Positions 62,455-64,000 of a stretch of DNA of 64,000 nucleotides are shown in pieces. The notes under the pieces were generated by a model that was not told the origin of the DNA, searched no databases, and was given only the letters and a program-made list of their open reading frames with translations. Every line of letters starts with the position of its first letter. The first letter of the stretch is position 1. The translations under genes were made by a program, and so were the position numbers. Origin of the DNA: an uncultured Spartobacteria bacterium (GTDB taxonomy: Bacteria > Verrucomicrobiota > Verrucomicrobiia > Chthoniobacterales > JAATET01); assembly GCA_938011325.1 (NCBI GenBank), contig CALLUD010000006.1, forward strand, positions 396,125 through 460,124, in the 5' to 3' direction.

Positions 62455-63268
62455 CCTCGCTGGCGGACAGGCGCCGACGGTCCTCTGTCCGGCATGCCGG
62501 TTCGAGAATCCCGCAGGCGAAAAATACTGCCAGGATTGCGGAGCCCGGCTGCCGGATGTGCCCGCTCCCCCCGAGCGACCACACATGCCGACCATTGCAG
62601 CCCCGTCTGCTCCGTTCGTGCCTCCCCCCGAAACGCCGACGACGCCCAAGCCGGCACCGGGGAAGCGCTACCAGCCGAAGATTTACGATCCGCTGCGGAC
62701 CAACTGGCTCGCGAAATTTCTCCGGGCCACCGTCGGCACCCTCATCGCGGCGGCGCTGACCGCGCTGGTCATTCAACTCCTGCGACCGCCGGATGGCCTC
62801 CCCGCCGAGGCGCCGCCGTTCGACGACGCCGTCATCGACCGCGCACTCCTTTCACTCCGCGAGCGAGCCAATCTGGGCGGTCCGGTCGATCTCCAGTGGC
62901 CGCAAATCAATTCCTACCTCGCCACGCGTCTGGGACCGGAAGGATCCGGCTGGTTCACCGTGAAACGGGCCGCGGTCGCGCCGGATCAAAAGGATCACTT
63001 CCGCCTCTACATCGTGCGTCAGGTGCTCGGCGTGCCGGTTTACACCGTCCAGACCGAAAAGGTGATCGTGCGCGGAAATGGCCTTTCGCTCGAGCCGACC
63101 GCGGCGCAAATCGGCCGCATTCCATTGCCCGCCTGGCTCGCAGATCTCACCGGGACGTGGGGAACCGGCCTCGAGACCACTCTCGACACCGAGCTCACCA
63201 TGCTCGGCCGGGCCGGAAATGTCTCGGTTGCATCCGGGGGCGTGCAGATTCAGTTTTCTGCTCCGTGA
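62447..63268 (+). CDS. Zinc-ribbon (double CxxC) single-pass membrane protein, function unknown
   Basis: CPACRFENPAGEKYCQDCG, a Pro-rich linker, a TM segment (VGTLIAAALTALVIQLL), then a roughly 170-aa outer domain. It overlaps the previous gene by 8 nt. Confidence 0.65.
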   Translation: MADLAGGQAPTVLCPACRFENPAGEKYCQDCGARLPDVPAPPERPHMPTIAAPSAPFVPPPETPTTPKPAPGKRYQPKIYDPLRTNWLAKFLRATVGTLIAAALTALVIQLLRPPDGLPAEAPPFDDAVIDRALLSLRERANLGGPVDLQWPQINSYLATRLGPEGSGWFTVKRAAVAPDQKDHFRLYIVRQVLGVPVYTVQTEKVIVRGNGLSLEPTAAQIGRIPLPAWLADLTGTWGTGLETTLDTELTMLGRAGNVSVASGGVQIQFSAP

Positions 63269-64000
63269 TCCTCCGCATTCTCGTTTTCCTCGCGACGCTC
63301 GGCGTGGCATCGGCGGCACTCAAGGTGTCCGACCGGTCCATCAGCACGTCGAAGCAATTCATCATCTACTCGGAGGACAAAAAGCTCCGTGCCGAGGTCG
63401 CAATCAAGGCCGAGGACTACAAGGAATTCCTGCTGCGGACGATCCAGGGAAATGACGAATGGAAGTGGACCGTCATTCTGAACATCGGCGTGCAACCACC
63501 GGCGGTGCGGAATCCGCCCCCTTCCAAGATCGGCATTTACGAGGCCGATGGCGGTTCGCTGAAAGTGCAGGTCGACGTTTACGATCCGAAATACGTCAAG
63601 CAGTCCGGATTCAATGTGGACCTGCTCAACGCGATCCTGCTCGAAATGGCCTACCGAAAGAGCAACATCCGCGCAGGCCGTGGTTTCGAGCTTCCGCCGG
63701 CGTGGTTCACCTACGGGCTGCTGGAGAAAATCCGCGCTCGCGACGAAGGCCTGCGGGCGAGCCTCTACGCCGGACTGCTCTCGAGCGGAAAGCCACCGGC
63801 GATGAAGGATTTCTTTCGCACCCGCCCGGAGCAGCTCGATTCCACCTCACGCGCCATTTTCGGCGCACAGGCCGTGGCGATGCTCGAGGCCGTGCTCGAC
63901 CTGCCGGACGGTCGCGAGGCGCTTCGCACGTATCTGGCAAATCCACACCGGTATCCGGGCGACATTCGCGACCTGCTTGAAGCCATCCCTTCCCTGCAGA
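63265..64000 (+). CDS. Hypothetical secreted protein, 3'-truncated by the window edge (absent from the ORF track because it has no stop in the window)
   Basis: An open frame runs from the GTG at 63265 (GTGA overlap with the previous stop) to nt 64000 with high GC3. N-terminus VILRILVFLATLGVASAALK is signal-like. Confidence 0.55.
   Translation, partial: MILRILVFLATLGVASAALKVSDRSISTSKQFIIYSEDKKLRAEVAIKAEDYKEFLLRTIQGNDEWKWTVILNIGVQPPAVRNPPPSKIGIYEADGGSLKVQVDVYDPKYVKQSGFNVDLLNAILLEMAYRKSNIRAGRGFELPPAWFTYGLLEKIRARDEGLRASLYAGLLSSGKPPAMKDFFRTRPEQLDSTSRAIFGAQAVAMLEAVLDLPDGREALRTYLANPHRYPGDIRDLLEAIPSLQ

Overview
GC-rich bacterial chromosome, with third codon positions mostly G/C in every convincing gene. 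The gene content suggests a Verrucomicrobiota/Opitutales-like organism (PEP-CTERM proteins, a GspG-like pseudopilin, PATR-repeat surface proteins, several L,D-transpeptidases). That assignment is inference only. Most of the window is ordinary housekeeping: rnr, ppdK, hisS, aspS, apaG, gnd, rpoD, dnaG, argG, one tRNA-Gly(CCC), a P1B-type metal ATPase and an M13 peptidase. I saw no transposase, integrase, CRISPR array, restriction-modification, toxin-antitoxin or other recognisable defence genes. Because of the high GC content, most real genes are shadowed by long antisense or extended ORFs in the supplied track. I rejected these using motifs and codon bias. Five regions deserve a second look. 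(1) 24.3-28.2 kb is a PEP-CTERM expansion locus beside a two-component system; it has tandem paralogs, a roughly 400-bp segmental duplication carrying a decayed gene fragment, and conserved 5' and 3' non-coding modules. (2) 28.0-34.8 kb is a translationally coupled lipid/glycolipid-tailoring gene set beside a halogenase-like flavoenzyme and a small lipoprotein. (3) 50.3-56.5 kb encodes three secreted beta-propeller/NHL proteins with lysine-rich C-terminal modules, one of them frameshifted, behind a 595-nt leader. (4) rpoD carries a roughly 140-aa Lys/Ala/Pro-rich N-terminal tail and apparently starts at TTG; ppdK has shorter basic tails at both ends. (5) A PATR surface-protein gene at the left edge is inactivated by a 67-nt duplication/insertion plus an in-frame TAG. 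All functional calls come from motifs read by eye. No database search was possible.
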